From Vicugna vicugna (Eukaryota): DNA of 64,000 nt. The stretch lies in NCBI GenBank assembly GCA_013265495.1, contig MU060674.1:978901-1042900 (forward strand), read 5' to 3'. The position numbers and the translations under genes were made by a program. The notes under the pieces are model-generated. The model saw only the letters and a list, made by a program, of their open reading frames with translations, was not told where the DNA came from and did not search any database. Positions within the stretch are counted from its first letter, which is position 1. Each line of letters begins with the position of its first letter. Below, piece after piece: positions 63,901 to 64,000 of this stretch.

Positions 63901-64000
63901 TTTATTTATTTATTTATTCCTTTATTTATTGTTTAAAAAAAATTATTGAAGTACAGTCAGTTACATTGTGTCAACTTCTGGTATACAGCACAATGTCCCA
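63901..64000 (-). mobile_element. Young L1 3' terminus; runs off window end
   Basis: (TTTA)n tail then TTATTGAAGTACAGTCAGTTACATTGTGTCAACTTCTGGTATACAGCACAATGTCCCA. Confidence 0.8.

Noticed and set aside
1..64000. Retroelement strand bias as evidence for a host gene's transcription direction
   Set aside because: L1s and LTRs occur on both strands in similar numbers, so no intronic orientation can be inferred.

Overview
This is AT-rich mammalian genomic DNA, most likely camelid (alpaca/llama/camel). That assignment is inferred from two tRNA-derived SINEs resembling the camelid vic-1 family and from a recurring young L1 3' end. I could not support any protein-coding exon, RNA gene or CRISPR array. 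The ORF-track ORFs I could recognise are decayed transposon fragments (L1 ORF1/ORF2, Tigger1/Tigger2 transposase); the rest look like chance ORFs. The window reads as intergenic or deep-intronic sequence rich in repeats: old and young L1, L2/MIR, several solo LTRs (ERV1-type, MaLR/MLT1, MLT2), hAT MITEs, two large Tigger fossils, microsatellites, an AT-rich palindrome and a 56-N assembly gap. Family names come from my recall of consensus sequences, not from a database search. I found no evidence for a novel biological system. The most interesting observations are retrotransposition footprints (a TSD-flanked probable L1 3' transduction, a SINE with a read-through tail, two 5'-inverted L1s), a cruciform-capable AT palindrome and a few enhancer-like unique segments.
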